A stretch of 55,442 bases of DNA, the filler included, from Ionaspis alba (taxonomy: Eukaryota): NCBI GenBank assembly GCA_964255285.1. It is 4 parts of 4 records of this genome, joined end to end, with 100 filler letters (N's around TTAATTAATTAA, not from the genome) between each part and the next. Parts side by side here need not be neighbours in the genome. Positions count along the whole stretch, not along the records: positions 13,902 to 27,702 come from CAXUUL010000449.1; positions 27,803 to 41,592 come from CAXUUL010000450.1; 2 more parts are not named here. The stretch is one strand, 5' to 3'. A program made the translations under genes and the position numbers. The number at the start of each line of letters is the position of its first letter. The stretch's first letter is position 1. The notes under the pieces are model-generated. The model saw only the letters and a list, made by a program, of their open reading frames with translations. It made no database searches and was not told the DNA's origin. Of this stretch, positions 26,320 to 38,164 are shown in pieces.

Positions 26320-26721
26320 ATGTCGTCCGACTCATCATCTCAGGGCGGGAGTCCCTCTGTCGGCTCCCCATGCTGGATCCAACTCCCAGCCAAAGATATG
26401 TCCCGCGCCAAATCCTTCTACTCTGCCGTTTTCGACTGGACCTTCACGCCCGTCGGCGAAATCGATATGATCCATTTCTCCGACCCAAACTTCAAGTCAC
26501 TGGGAGGGAACATCTACAAGTCTGACGAAGTCGTTCATGCCAAGTACGGTGAAACTCCAGCGATCTATTTCTCGACTAAGGCTATTGGGGAGGCTTTAGA
26601 GAAGGTCGAGAAGGCGGGAGGGACTGTCGTACGGGGTCAGGAGCCGGTGGGTGGCGGTTATACTGCGTCTTTCAGAGACACAGAGGGCAACGTTGAGGGT
26701 ATTTTCGCTATGATCGAGTGA
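26320..26721 (+). CDS. VOC (glyoxalase/bleomycin-resistance) family protein
   Basis: CWIQLPAKDMSRAKSFYSAVFDWTF ... ALEKVEKAGGTVV ... ASFRDTEGNVEGI; probable 5'UTR intron GTATGT(26265)..TAG(26318). Confidence 0.88.
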   Translation: MSSDSSSQGGSPSVGSPCWIQLPAKDMSRAKSFYSAVFDWTFTPVGEIDMIHFSDPNFKSLGGNIYKSDEVVHAKYGETPAIYFSTKAIGEALEKVEKAGGTVVRGQEPVGGGYTASFRDTEGNVEGIFAMIE

Positions 26722-27702
26722 GCGATGTTAACACCTGTTGGCCACATGGCGAATTGTGCGGGCTTGGCAACTCGGAGGGATTATCATGACTGCGAAGACG
26801 ATTTAGCACACTACAGCTCATCAGCAATTAAAAAAAAGACCTATTGGAAAGTGATTTTGCAAGGTCAAACAATCCATCTGAACCCAAGTTGTCTAATTTG
26901 TATGTCTTTTCAGCCTCTCATTCGTAAAAGTCTGTGTAATCCATACGAGTGTGGCCAAGGATGTATTCGGTATTCAAACCACAACGCTCCTATGTCAGAA
27001 TCACAGAAGGAGCACTTCATGCTTTAATTTCGAGTTTCATCCAGTGTCGCTATCGGATCGGAGCCCACGATCGATCCTGACGTTAAGGAAGCGTTGCAAT
27101 TCGAACCAATCCGAATAATAGCACCGCGGGGTAGTTCCCTACGATGCTTGACCTGGCCGGCAAGGGCTTTGGTATCCTCAACGACACCAAGGTAGTGGCT
27201 GGTTGATCCGTTCCAGATAGGTGCATTGACAGCCGAACGTCTACCATCAGGGCATACCCAGTGAGAAGCGGAGGGGGAATAGCAGTGGTGCGATAGTCGT
27301 CTTTAGATAGCGGCCCGTCAGGCACGGTGCATGGCACTCGGGCGATTGCAATAGAATTGATAACGAATGGAGTTGATGCAAAAGGAAATGTGAAGGAAGC
27401 AGCCATCGTCATTTACTAACGCTGGTGCCAGTCACATCATCAGAGGTTGGCTGTCTGTGGTGGTATTATTGTTAGTTCGCCGACAGAAACTCAGAGCTGG
27501 TGAGGCCGAGTTGCACGCGACGCCTCGGGCCCCCCTGATATTCAGCTATGCCCGTTCTGGATAAATCCTACCGCCAAGCCGCGTTCGCTTCCGCCAATCA
27601 CGTCAGAGATTCTCCTTCCATAGTTCGCTTTCCACGTCAATGTAAACCTCGACAGGGGCGAAAGGCTCCGTTGGATCACGACGTGGAAGGAGTGGCCACT
27701 TA

Positions 27703-27802
27703 NNNNNNNNNNNNNNNNNNNNNNNNNNNNNNNNNNNNNNNNNNNNTTAATTAATTAANNNNNNNNNNNNNNNNNNNNNNNNNNNNNNNNNNNNNNNNNN
27801 NN
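27703..27802. other. Assembly gap with TTAATTAATTAA linker (hides the QTRT2 5' end)
   Basis: N run with linker. Confidence 0.95.
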
Positions 27803-29268
27803 CACACCCCACTACATTGCTATCAGCTCTCGTGGGACTGTGCCTCATCTGACACAAGATATGATGCGAGACGAGACCTCCATCCAAGGCATCTATGCTG
27901 GCCTCGAAGACTGTATGTGTGCTCTCCTCCTTTTCCTGACGAGTAATTGTGGGCCGAAATTGTTGCTAACGCTCAGCTCACTGGGGCTAGGAAGATATAG
28001 AGCGCCGCCGACCTCCCGTGTACAAGTTCCCATGTCCTCCATCCGCCTCCCCCCTCCGCCGCTTCATCGCACTCCCCAGTCCCGCACTTCTCGTCCTTGG
28101 TCCACGGCGACTCCCTCCCCTGGCAACACCAGCCTCGAATACATACACAGGCCTCAGCGTTCTCACATCAGTCGGCTTTCGCACGCTCGAAATAGATGAG
28201 TACATTAGAGCGGCCCAAAAGCTACGTCCAGATATCATTATCGGCCCTGCAGATGTCCAAGCTGGTGATGCCCAGGCAAAAGCCGGGGCCAAGAGAAAGG
28301 AGAAGATGAGCGAACGAACCATGGCCTGGATGAAAGGGTTACACCTGGGTTTAAGAGCCGAGGACGCCGTCGGAGCTTTTAGCAATCGGACCAAACTATT
28401 TGCACCGATAATGCCAATAGAAGGCGAATTGCAGGCGGAATATCTAGACTACCTCTCCTCCGACTCTGTGTCTTCCTCTCTAGGCGGCATAGCGCTGTAC
28501 GATGCCGCCAGCACTCTTGACCTTCCTCCACGACTTCTCGATCTTCCGCGCTTAGCCCTTACCAATCCAAACAATCCGCAAGCACTTCTACGAGAGATAG
28601 CCCTCGGTGTTGACGTTGCCACAATTCCGTTCTTGACGGCTGCCACTGATGCCGGAGTGGCCCTAACCTTCTCCTTCCCCGCTCCTGATCAACATGTAAG
28701 CTCTGCCAATGCTCTGTCGCTAGGAATCAACCTTCATCCCGCTACCCATGCAATGTCACTTCTCCCTCTCACACCTGATTGCGACTGCTACACCTGCACG
28801 ACGCACCATCGAGCCTACATCAACCACCTCCTCTCTGCCAAAGAAATGCTGGCCTGGGTCCTGCTCCAAGTCCACAATCACGCGGTGATCCACCGATTTT
28901 ACGTTGGCGTACGTACTAGCATTGCGTCTGGAACATTCGAGAAAGATGCCGAGGACTTCAATCGCGCGTATGAGAGTGATCTGGAGCTTGGCACAGGACT
29001 GGGACCTAGAATCAGGGGCTATCAGGTTCGGAGCGAGGGAGTGGTGAAGGAGAAGATAAATAAGCCGCCATACCAGAAGCTGGAAGAGGATGTAGTTGCG
29101 AATAGAGGGACTGAGAGGGAGCGGGCGTTGGATGAAGGCATGCAGAAGATAGCAGAGGCAACTGGGTTGCCGGGACCAGACGTGGACGGGGCAGAAATGG
29201 ATGACTTGGGGTTTGCAATGTTGATCGGGGACGAGGACGAGGAGGGAGAAATGGATACACCGGCATAG
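27803..29268 (+). CDS. QTRT2: Queuine tRNA-ribosyltransferase accessory subunit 2 (5' partial)
   Basis: TPHYIAISSRGTVPHLTQD, LEDY/IER across intron 27913-27994, LRPDIIIGPAD, Zn site CDCYTCTTHHRAYINHLLSAKEMLAWVLLQVHN; the catalytic DSGG motif of QTRT1 is not seen. Confidence 0.9.
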
Positions 29269-29579
29269 ATTCTGTGTAAACTCGATTGCGAAGTGGAAGT
29301 ATAGAAAGAAAAGAACTAGATGTTGGGTTGCAATACTCCAGCTGATTGTTCTCTGTAGATTTTCGAATCGACTAATTTGGAGAACGTGATACTCAAGAAA
29401 TTTTCTATATGCTTCGATCATAAATACTACGTAGAAATGTCGCCTCTGCCACTTCAACTGACACGCATGCTGATCCCAGCTCCGAGGTCTACCATCTTTT
29501 TCACATTCAACCGATCACACTTCTGGAACTCTCTTTTCACAGAACCAATAATTGCCCTCCTGCCATCTAACAATGTCAT

Positions 29580-32500
29580 TTAGTCCTCCAGCACCATCGC
29601 AGGTGTAAGCTCCCAATCGGGTTTCTGACCCTTACAGATCGGATGATTAGGGAACTTTCCCTTGCCCAGGCAGGCGCTACACGATTGGTAATTGCGGCAC
29701 ACGGTACATTCGAAGCCCGTGAACCCAGCGAACATGTATGCTATGACGGACAAGTCAGTCTACTATGTTCCAGAGAAGAGCGTTCGCCTCTGAGACTACG
29801 TACACTCGCCACAGATATCGCACGACCATTCAGTCATAGGCAAGTGGGAGTTCGTGGCAACTCGTTTGATGAAGAGGCACCGTTGCAACGGATGTCGATG
29901 CCAATAACGCTTGTTGTCCACACACTCCTGACAAATGCCCGCCCCGCATTCGAAACAGACAAGTGTATGGGTGTTGTAAGGGATCCGACAATAGCAGATT
30001 CCGCAATCTATTTTCGTGGCATTTGGGGTTGATATATTGGCCAAGTTGCGCTGGAGACCTCGCGGACAGTCCTTGACGGTGACGTTCCGGATGTTGTCTG
30101 CAAGAGCGTCGCCGAAGCATGTTCTGAAGTTCAGATGATGGTGGTAGACTTGGAGAACGGATAATGTTATTACGGTCCAAGAAACGAAACAGTGTCAAAG
30201 CTCGATGAATGGCTTCCACGTAAATAGGGCATAGAAGGTTTTGGGACGTTCAATACATACTTGGAAACATTGGACCAGCCGCTGTAATCTATTAGCGAGG
30301 AGTCATGATCATATTTTGATTAGAAAGTGCTCACTGAAAGGACATTCCATGCATCTCCACACTGCCTTCTGTTGCATTTCGAGGTCGTCTGGCTTGTCGG
30401 TCGTCCGGGTGATAACATATGAAGTGAACTGATGCGAGCTGATATGTTCCGCTTCTTCTTCCGCCATGCAATTTTCACACAAGCTCATTGCATCACCGTA
30501 TTCCACTCGGCAAGTCTGGCATTGATAATGGGTGTGATCCATCAATAGGTCTATTGGATTGCGTCAGTACCACACGCCAGGACATGAATGAAACGAGAGT
30601 GAAGGATTTCAAGGCTGGGAAATGTGGCTCTATCCACAAGTGCAGATGATATTAAAGATCGGATCAACTTACAGTCAGAGCAGCGACTACAATGTCCACC
30701 ACCACCGTGCGCTGTAAGGCATTTACACTCCCAAGTAGTGGGAGGCTTTATCCAGTCGAAAGGCGTATGAACCTGGCGGAACGATTTCTGTCGATGCTGA
30801 GCATCTGTACTGTGCTCCTCTAGAAAGCTGACCATGCTTGTTTCGATCTCCACACAAGTCTGACACAAAGCCGCAGAACATTCAGTACACTCATGGCGGG
30901 CTCGCACCTCCCTAGAACATTGAGAACAATGAGCAGTCAAGGAGGTTTCCTTCATCGTCGGTGACCACACAACGGATACGAATCGGACGACCTTATTGAT
31001 GTGGGTGAACTCGTGGGGAGTGCAGTTGGAGCAGAGAGGCCTCAAGCAGACTTGGCACATATGCCATCTTTCGCCATAAACGAGACCTGCACGAAGTATC
31101 AGAAATGTTCCTTGAAGCTTATTTGGACTAGAGTCACACCTTTAAGGCAGCCGGAACACAATCTTACAGGAACCGTTTTCAGCTTGGCGGCTTTCATGAT
31201 CTCGGTAAGCTCTATAGATAGCTATATGAGTAAAAGATCACAACCAAGAACAGAATCAGTGGGGAAAGAATTCAACTAGATCAAATGATGGCTCCGTAGT
31301 GCGAATCATACAAGGGAATGGTCAACGACGACTTGCTGTTAGGTGTGGCAAACCTTCCACTGTGTATGCTACACCTAAACGCTGACCACCAGTCCTCAAG
31401 CTCTCAACGCAAGCATTGACCATTCTTCTTGTCTGTGGCGCATTCAAGTACGTGTTCGTGTGGGCAGCGATTAAGTTCACGGCCTTGTACTCTTCCAACC
31501 CGACTTCAGCCAAACCGTGATAGACATTGAAGCGGAAGAGGCGGTTGTTTTGAATCATGGCATCGTTCTCCATCTCGAAATCCTGAGCCGTTTGTTCTGA
31601 GTCCGTGACGATGTCTTTTAATCGCTGTGCAAGACTCAATAGGCCACCAACAACAGATTCGCCCGGTGCGCTTGTAACATCATTAGGACGTTCTCCTCAC
31701 CATGACAAAACTACTTACCTCCCCGTGCCTATGCTAATAATCAATCGCTCCTCGCCAGGCCAAATGTCTCGTGATTCTTTATTCGCCTCTCTAATTGGAT
31801 TGTTCCGACGAAGCGCTCCGTCAACGAAAGTCTGGTGACGTCTGATCAGATACTGCTTTTTGTGGCTCAAATTTACACATACCTCACGATGTGGTCCAAT
31901 TTCAATTGGCTCGAAGAACGTTGAAGCAGCCGAAGTGGCGCGGGCTGCCTCCCATATCTTGCAAATTTCGAGCATGGAATCATTGAGGTCCTCTGGTTCA
32001 TACGATCGTAGAGTTGCAGGGGCGCTATTTTCTAATCAAGACGCTCAGCATCAAGGAGTTGACATTGGGAGATCACTCTTTCTGATAGCCTACCGCCTCG
32101 TGTTGCACAGACAAATACTTTGCACGGTTGATCTGGGTCCTGATCAAATTCCTGTAAGAGGGTCTCTTCGTCCATTTTCTTCATCCGAATCGTGTTCTTA
32201 ATACTCTCCTCTAGAGGATGCTCATCAAACTTGCCATTGGCCTTCAAGAAATCTGTAAGCCTTCGTGGATCCACGTTCTTGCGAACTGGTGTGAAAATGT
32301 TCTGAGAGAGCATTGTGTACGCGTCTTCACATTCTTTCAAGGTCATGCGAAGTCGTCCCAACATTATGGCGATTAGCCTGAAGCAATGAAAAGTCAGTAA
32401 TACTGCTCCAGAACGAAGACTACGACTTCCGCTCGTCATTGTAGCCTCGAACACTGGAGCTGTAATAGTTCTTGGAGATTCAGGAAGAAATGCATCGATC

Positions 32501-33400
32501 ATAGAGGCATCATGAGAGTTCCGCGGTCCATGCTTCATGCTGAAAAGTGTAATCCATTGACAGAGGCGTAGTAGCAGAGGTACCTCTGAAACCGAGTAAA
32601 AGTCTGCGACGGATGTCCAAGCGACGAGATCAAAGAAAGTGACTTACCCTCCTGTACTTGTCCCGCCTATCATGTCAAATTCCTGCCACGGCTCAAGAGC
32701 AGTTCCACGCTTGCGATTGAGGTTTCTCATGATATACTTCAATATCATAATAATGGAAAGTCCGCGAACTCCACCACCATCTATCCGACGAAAGGTTATT
32801 ATATATTGATCACAGTACTATATACACGAAATCAGAAGACATACCCAAGGACAGTATTTTCCGGACCTTGGGGGGCTCTTTCTTCCTAGTTTCAGGAACA
32901 GGTTGAGGCATCTGGTACGGAGAAGGCGACCGTCCTGGACTTGGACTACTCCATTGACTCGATGGTTGAGGAGAAAGGTAGGGAGCAGGAGACACCACAT
33001 TTTGTCGTGGGGGTAGTGGTGGTGGCGGTGACGGTCTGTATACGGCATTCTCTCCACGAAGAGCTAGAGCCTGGGAGTCTTGCGCAGCCGCTGGCAAAGG
33101 ATAGTTTTCGTACGGAGATCTGGTAGCCGTGGGAGCTAGATACGCAGGAGATGGGGATGGCTGAGGAGCTACTGTGGTCTGCCCGTAAGGCGATGTTGGC
33201 GGAGGTGGGAAGTAGGTACCGGCGCCATAGTTGGCAGGTGAAGGATTATAGGCATTCGGGGACGGCGCATAAGTATTCGGAGGAGGGGCATAACTATTCG
33301 GAGGAGCGTACGCAGTTTGAGATTGCCCATAGTTGATCGGAGGGCTCGTGCTGGGATTGTTTCGAGGAGGCTCTCTCGACCTCGATCGCCAGAAACTCAT
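29580..33400 (-). CDS. Patatin-like phospholipase with Pro/Tyr-rich N-terminus and tandem ZZ-like zinc fingers
   Basis: Phase-consistent exons 33400-32845, 32780-32648, 32377-32094, 32031-31883, 31831-31719, 31670-31354, 31211-31140, 31086-30673, 30550-30335, 30281-30261, 30148-29804, 29740-29580. Patatin motifs LSLDGGGVRG, GGTSTGG, ARATSAASTFF, FVDGA, ISIGTG, FRFNV. C-terminal CxxC..CxxC..LCxxC..H..H units. The 30335-30148 junctions are the least certain. Confidence 0.8.
33230..33310 (-). repeat. Imperfect 18-21-nt coding tandem repeat (YAPPNS/YAPPPNT/YAPSPNA/YNPSPAN)
   Basis: Repeats visible in the peptide and DNA (gcataa.tattcggaggagg). Confidence 0.75.
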
Positions 33401-33971
33401 CGCGAACCACGTCCACCCAGAACACTATGAGATGCGAGCAAGAAAAGGAACAAGGAGAAAAGCACGACCGAGAATTCGCGATGCAGAGTATCTATAACGA
33501 AAGAAAAGGACTCTTGCTTTGCTCTTCTATGTTGCAAGAGCTCAGCATGAACAAAGATCGATTGTGCGATGACCGGAGAGATGAGGCTGACAGGTCGTGA
33601 CCCACGGAGGCAGCCATAAATGCCTCGACGGGTCGATCAGACCACTAAGAATAGTCCAGATCTGTGTCCTGGCTCCAAGCTGGAAAGGGAACACGAAGAT
33701 TACTTTCGTCGTATCACGGTCTTCCAGCTGCATGGTGGCTTGTGCATGGATTGGGACTGGCAGTCAGTGACTGGTTCGGAGCACGTCGTTGAACTGCTGC
33801 AACCAAATACAATATTTCCAAGCTTGTGTGAATATTACGCTTTTAAATTACAGAAGCTCTTCAGAGCCAAACCCTAAACAGCATTCGTTATATCGTCGGT
33901 ATTATCACAACATTTCACGCCATTCAACGTCTGTTCAAGCATTTACATCGGTGCTTTGCCACCAGGGCACG

Positions 33972-36045
33972 ATGGAGAAAATCACTGATAAGATATATGC
34001 CCTTCCTCCAGATGGCAACTACTTTTCACTTGAATTCTTCCCCCCAAAGACGGAGATGGCGAGCTTCTTCCCAAACATTAGGTCTCAAAGCCTGCTAATT
34101 CTTCACTTAGGGGACTTCAAACCTCCAGGCTCGTCTATCCCGCATGTCACAAGCTCTTCGACCTTTGTTTGTAACTGTTACATGGGGTGCCGGCGGTTCC
34201 ACCTCGTCCAGATCCCTCGAGCTCGCTGAGATTTGTCAACGACAATTGGGAATGACAACATGCCTACATCTTACGTGCACCAACATGAGTAAAAAGGTAG
34301 TTGATGAAGCGTTGGAAGCTGCGAAGGAGATTGGTGTTCGGAACATTTTAGCACTGCGGGGCGATCCACCTAGAGGGCATGAGTACCGGATGGAAGGGCA
34401 GGAGGTGGATGGTGCGGATGTCTTTGTATGGGCTGTGGATCTTGTCCGATATATCAGGAAGTCCTACGGCGACTATTTCTGTATTGGTGTTGCTGGATAC
34501 CCGGAAGGCCATTCAGATGAATCTTGTCCTGCAAATCAAGATCCGAAGCATGACATGCCTTACTTGGTGGAGAAAGTCCAGGCCGGAGCGGATTTCATTA
34601 TGACCCAGCTGTTCTACGATGGCGATGCCTATCTTGCTTATGAAAAGCTCGTCAGAGAATGGGACCACAACATACTAGGAAATATCCCTATCATACCCGG
34701 TCTAATGCCGATACAAAGCTACCAAATCCTCAAGCGAACCACCAAACTCAGCCACGCCAAGCTTCCTCCCGAAATCATCACCAGACTAGAGACCATCAAG
34801 GGTGATGACGAAGAAGTCAAAAAAGTCGGCGTAGACATCCTCAGCGAAATCGTCACCACCATCAAACAGACTCCATCCACCCCTCCAACCCAACCCCGCG
34901 GATTCCACTTCTACACACTCAACCTCGAAAAAGCCGTCGGCTTCATTCTCGAACGCTGCGCCCTCATCCCCCCAACAAACACATCCGCAATCTCCTCCTC
35001 TCCATCCTCCACCTCTGGCGACAGCACCCCCATCACAAACGGCACCTCTCCCCTTCCCACTTCTCTCCCACCACCAAAACGGCGCTCCCTTCCTCGGCGA
35101 CCCTCCTCGCCTCACAATCACATCGTTCCTCCCGCCCGTCGACCCTCCACCCTAGCTCCACCCACACCCAGCACCACCCTCTCCATTACCCACGGCATCG
35201 GCGCTCTCGGACGAGAAGCAACCTGGGACGACTACCCGAACGGCCGCTTCGGCGATGCCCGATCTCCAGCCTATGCACCACCTCCGAGCTACTCGCCTCT
35301 GCATCTCTCTCCGCCTGTCGCACGCCAGAAATGGGGATTCCCGACCAGTCGCGCAGATATCTCGAGACTGTTTCAAAAGCATGTCTGTGGAGACTTGGAC
35401 GCGTTGCCGTGGAGTGAAGGCACGCTGAGTGCAGAGACGGCGGTCATTAAGGATGAACTCTGCGGGCTAATTGGGCGTGGCTGGTGGAGCGTGGCGAGCC
35501 AGCCTGCGGTCGATGGCGTGGGGAGCGGTGATCAGGTATTTGGTTGGGGACCAAAAGGGGGTTTTGTATTCCAAAAGGCTTTTGTGGAACTCTTTGTTCC
35601 TACAAAGGATTGGCTAGAGGTGCTGAGGCCGAAGCTTATATCCAAGGAGGTGGAAGATGAGGTCTCGTGGTATGCGTCCCCGTGTCCCGGCACAGTCGGG
35701 GAGGACGATAAGGGCTTCTCGACCCCAGACCGGGATGTGGTTGATGAACCGCCAGACAGCCAGTCGTTCGAATCGTCGTCGCCGCCAACAGCTGTCAATA
35801 GTGTGACCTGGGGGGCTTTCCCGGGGAAGGAAATCGTGACTCCGACAATTATCGAGGAAATCTCGTTCAGAGCGTGGGCTGAGGAGGCTTTTGCTATTTG
35901 GCGAGAGTGGGAGAGGTGCTATGCTGTTGGTAGTGAGACGAGGGAATTTTTGAGCAAAGAGAGGGAGAGCGTCTGGCTGGTTAACGTTATCGGGCATGGG
36001 TACCGAGAGCCTGGGAGATTGTGGGAGATCTTGATGTCTGCGTAG
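33972..36045 (+). CDS. MET12: Methylenetetrahydrofolate reductase (MET12-type)
   Basis: MEKITDKI...FSLEFFPPKTEM, GC-AG intron 34059-34110, then VTVTWGAGGS, HLTCTN, NILALRGDPP, VAGYPEGH, FIMTQLFYD, FHFYTLN; regulatory domain WDDYPNGRFGDARSPAY and VTWGAFPGKEI. Confidence 0.93.
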
Positions 36046-36619
36046 TGACTGAAAGACCAGCCATCAGGAACATGGGATTCACCTGCAAACGACAAGACGC
36101 CTAATGGGAAAGGCGACCTTGCAACAGACCAAGCGGTTGTATGGGCTGCGACTGGTATGGCGGGCGAAATACTCTGTACCCTCTATGGACTGTTGTGCAT
36201 TGATCCGCCTGTACGATTAATGAGAGCATTTCTAGGGCGTTGAACTATTAGATATCCTATTCGACCCAGCCAGGAGAGACACAAAGTTTATTGCCACTTG
36301 AGCCAGTGAGCCGCATCGAGGTTCGAAGTATTAAAGACTTGTCCAGCAGGATGGCTCGAGACGAATCGCGTTGTAGACTAGGATTCTGCACAATAGCCTG
36401 TGCAAAGTAGGAAGTAAGGGCCTTCCATTCTAGGAGGTCAATCACAGAGCGGCCATCATTCCCGCGACATTCTAGTCCAGGACAGGAGTCTCAGGCTCAT
36501 AATGCAAGGTAGACATCGTACTGGCATCTTCCATGAGCGACCAGATTTTGTGGTTGATGTACAAGTCAGCAATGTGACTTTGTACGCACAGCTTTGCCGT
36601 CAACGTTGTTCAGTGGTGA

Positions 36620-38164
36620 TCAACAGTCAGCGATCAGTCTCTGCAGAGTTTTGTCGTCCGGAATACCGTGAGGGAATTGAGGCCATCTTTCCTCCGGAGG
36701 AATCTTACCGTCCCGAGAACTGTCGTAATCAGAGCCCATGACCTCTTGCTCTGCTTCAATCTCATATTCGTGGCAGCAGCTGAGAAAAACATGGAAGCTT
36801 TTAAGCCCTTTGAGTTGTCGCATAGGACTAATATAATTCTTGTACATCTCAAGCTCCTCAGCCTCGTCCGCAGTTTTGTCAGCATAGTCAAAGGGATTGT
36901 GGTGGTAATAGTCCCACGCGTATCCAGCATCAACCGTCAGAAAAAGACTTGGTAGATTGAAGTGTGTCGCTATGAAGTCGATCAGTGTTGGCCAATCCTC
37001 TACTGGCTCCATTGGGACCATCATGTCACCAATGGTGATTGGACTCATCTGTAGGTCGAGTCTTCGTATACTTTGAACCGTCTGAGGTGTTCGAGTTCGA
37101 AGGAACGCTAATGACTTTTGAACACTGCCAGATAGTATGAATCGATTGTGTGTATAGAACACCTGCCGTGCTTCCTCACCAAGCTGGCTGTTGGCTCTGA
37201 ACAGGCCATGGGGAAATTGGTAGCATACACAAGTCGTCGCATATGCACACCCACTCGGTCGACAATTGCATCCAACCGCTAGAAAATCCATACATTTACC
37301 GCAGCATCTTTTCTCGCGAAGAGCTATCCTGCCATGCCGAATGACCATACCATGAGAGTCCCATTGGGTCACGTCCCACGGAGTAATCAGGTCAGTGAGA
37401 CCGAGGATCTGGTATCGAATTTCCTTGGGAAGACGCATGAAAGAAAACTGTCCCTGAGGAGCTGTTGGCGTTTCGGTCATTTCAAGCGCCACGTTCTCCG
37501 CTACTTCCGTGAGCGAAGTGGCTGCCTTCTCCCCAAAAGTCGGATAAAGACGAATAGCACAGTGTTTGAGCTTTGGTAAGGTGCGGAGAGGCTCCAGCAA
37601 CGCACTCAATGCATCAAAAGTCCTTGTGTAAAAGAACAGGCTTAGGCTGAGTTGAGATGGCGTGATCTTGGTTGACAAGATCTTACAAGCCACGGCCCAC
37701 TCCTTCTCTGTCTCAACGTTGCCGCTCGAGCCTAAACCAACTTGGAGGCAAGTCATTGAAACCAATGCAGCAGAGCTCAGACGTGTCAATGGTCCCAGTT
37801 GGGAGAACGGGCGCCAGATCATGAACCTGTTCTTGCCGTATAATATGGGTATGATATCGTCGTGTACCACACGGCATGTGTACAGCAAGGGCAAGGTTAA
37901 GAATGGACAGAAACAATCGAAGCTTTCCAGATTACCCTCGTCTCCACTCTGTTGACGTAGAAAGTAGGAGCATCGTCGTTGTGGATCTAGGAGGTATCGG
38001 GGTCGTCTCGCCAAGGCATCCTTCCTCGTCCCCTCCCGACTAAGGTCTATGGGACACGATCGAACAAAACCGCACAGACTGTAGATATTGGTTCGGACGT
38101 GAACTGGAAGATCCAAGAAGGATAGCGTCCTTGACATCTCTGGAATAGGCATAATTGTGTCCAT
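36620..38164 (-). CDS. Hypothetical fungal protein with two tandem F-box-like (FLxLPxEIRxxIY) modules
   Basis: Long intronless ORF. LSFLDLPVHVRTNIY...LLYTCRVVHDDIIPILYGKNRF is repeated as FSFMRLPKEIRYQIL...LFRANSQLGEEARQVFYTHNRF. Start taken as the first ATG (38164). Confidence 0.75.
   Translation of the reverse strand: MDTIMPIPEMSRTLSFLDLPVHVRTNIYSLCGFVRSCPIDLSREGTRKDALARRPRYLLDPQRRCSYFLRQQSGDEGNLESFDCFCPFLTLPLLYTCRVVHDDIIPILYGKNRFMIWRPFSQLGPLTRLSSAALVSMTCLQVGLGSSGNVETEKEWAVACKILSTKITPSQLSLSLFFYTRTFDALSALLEPLRTLPKLKHCAIRLYPTFGEKAATSLTEVAENVALEMTETPTAPQGQFSFMRLPKEIRYQILGLTDLITPWDVTQWDSHGMVIRHGRIALREKRCCGKCMDFLAVGCNCRPSGCAYATTCVCYQFPHGLFRANSQLGEEARQVFYTHNRFILSGSVQKSLAFLRTRTPQTVQSIRRLDLQMSPITIGDMMVPMEPVEDWPTLIDFIATHFNLPSLFLTVDAGYAWDYYHHNPFDYADKTADEAEELEMYKNYISPMRQLKGLKSFHVFLSCCHEYEIEAEQEVMGSDYDSSRDGKIPPEERWPQFPHGIPDDKTLQRLIADC

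Noticed and set aside
29830..30219. 129-aa ORF within the Cys-rich region as a separate gene
   Set aside because: Alternative frame of the zinc-finger exon 30148-29804 of the patatin-ZZ gene.
10592..36045. Possible functional cluster of methylation/tRNA-modification genes (PRMT5, QTRT2, MET12)
   Set aside because: Interspersed with unrelated housekeeping genes over 25 kb; no shared regulatory evidence.
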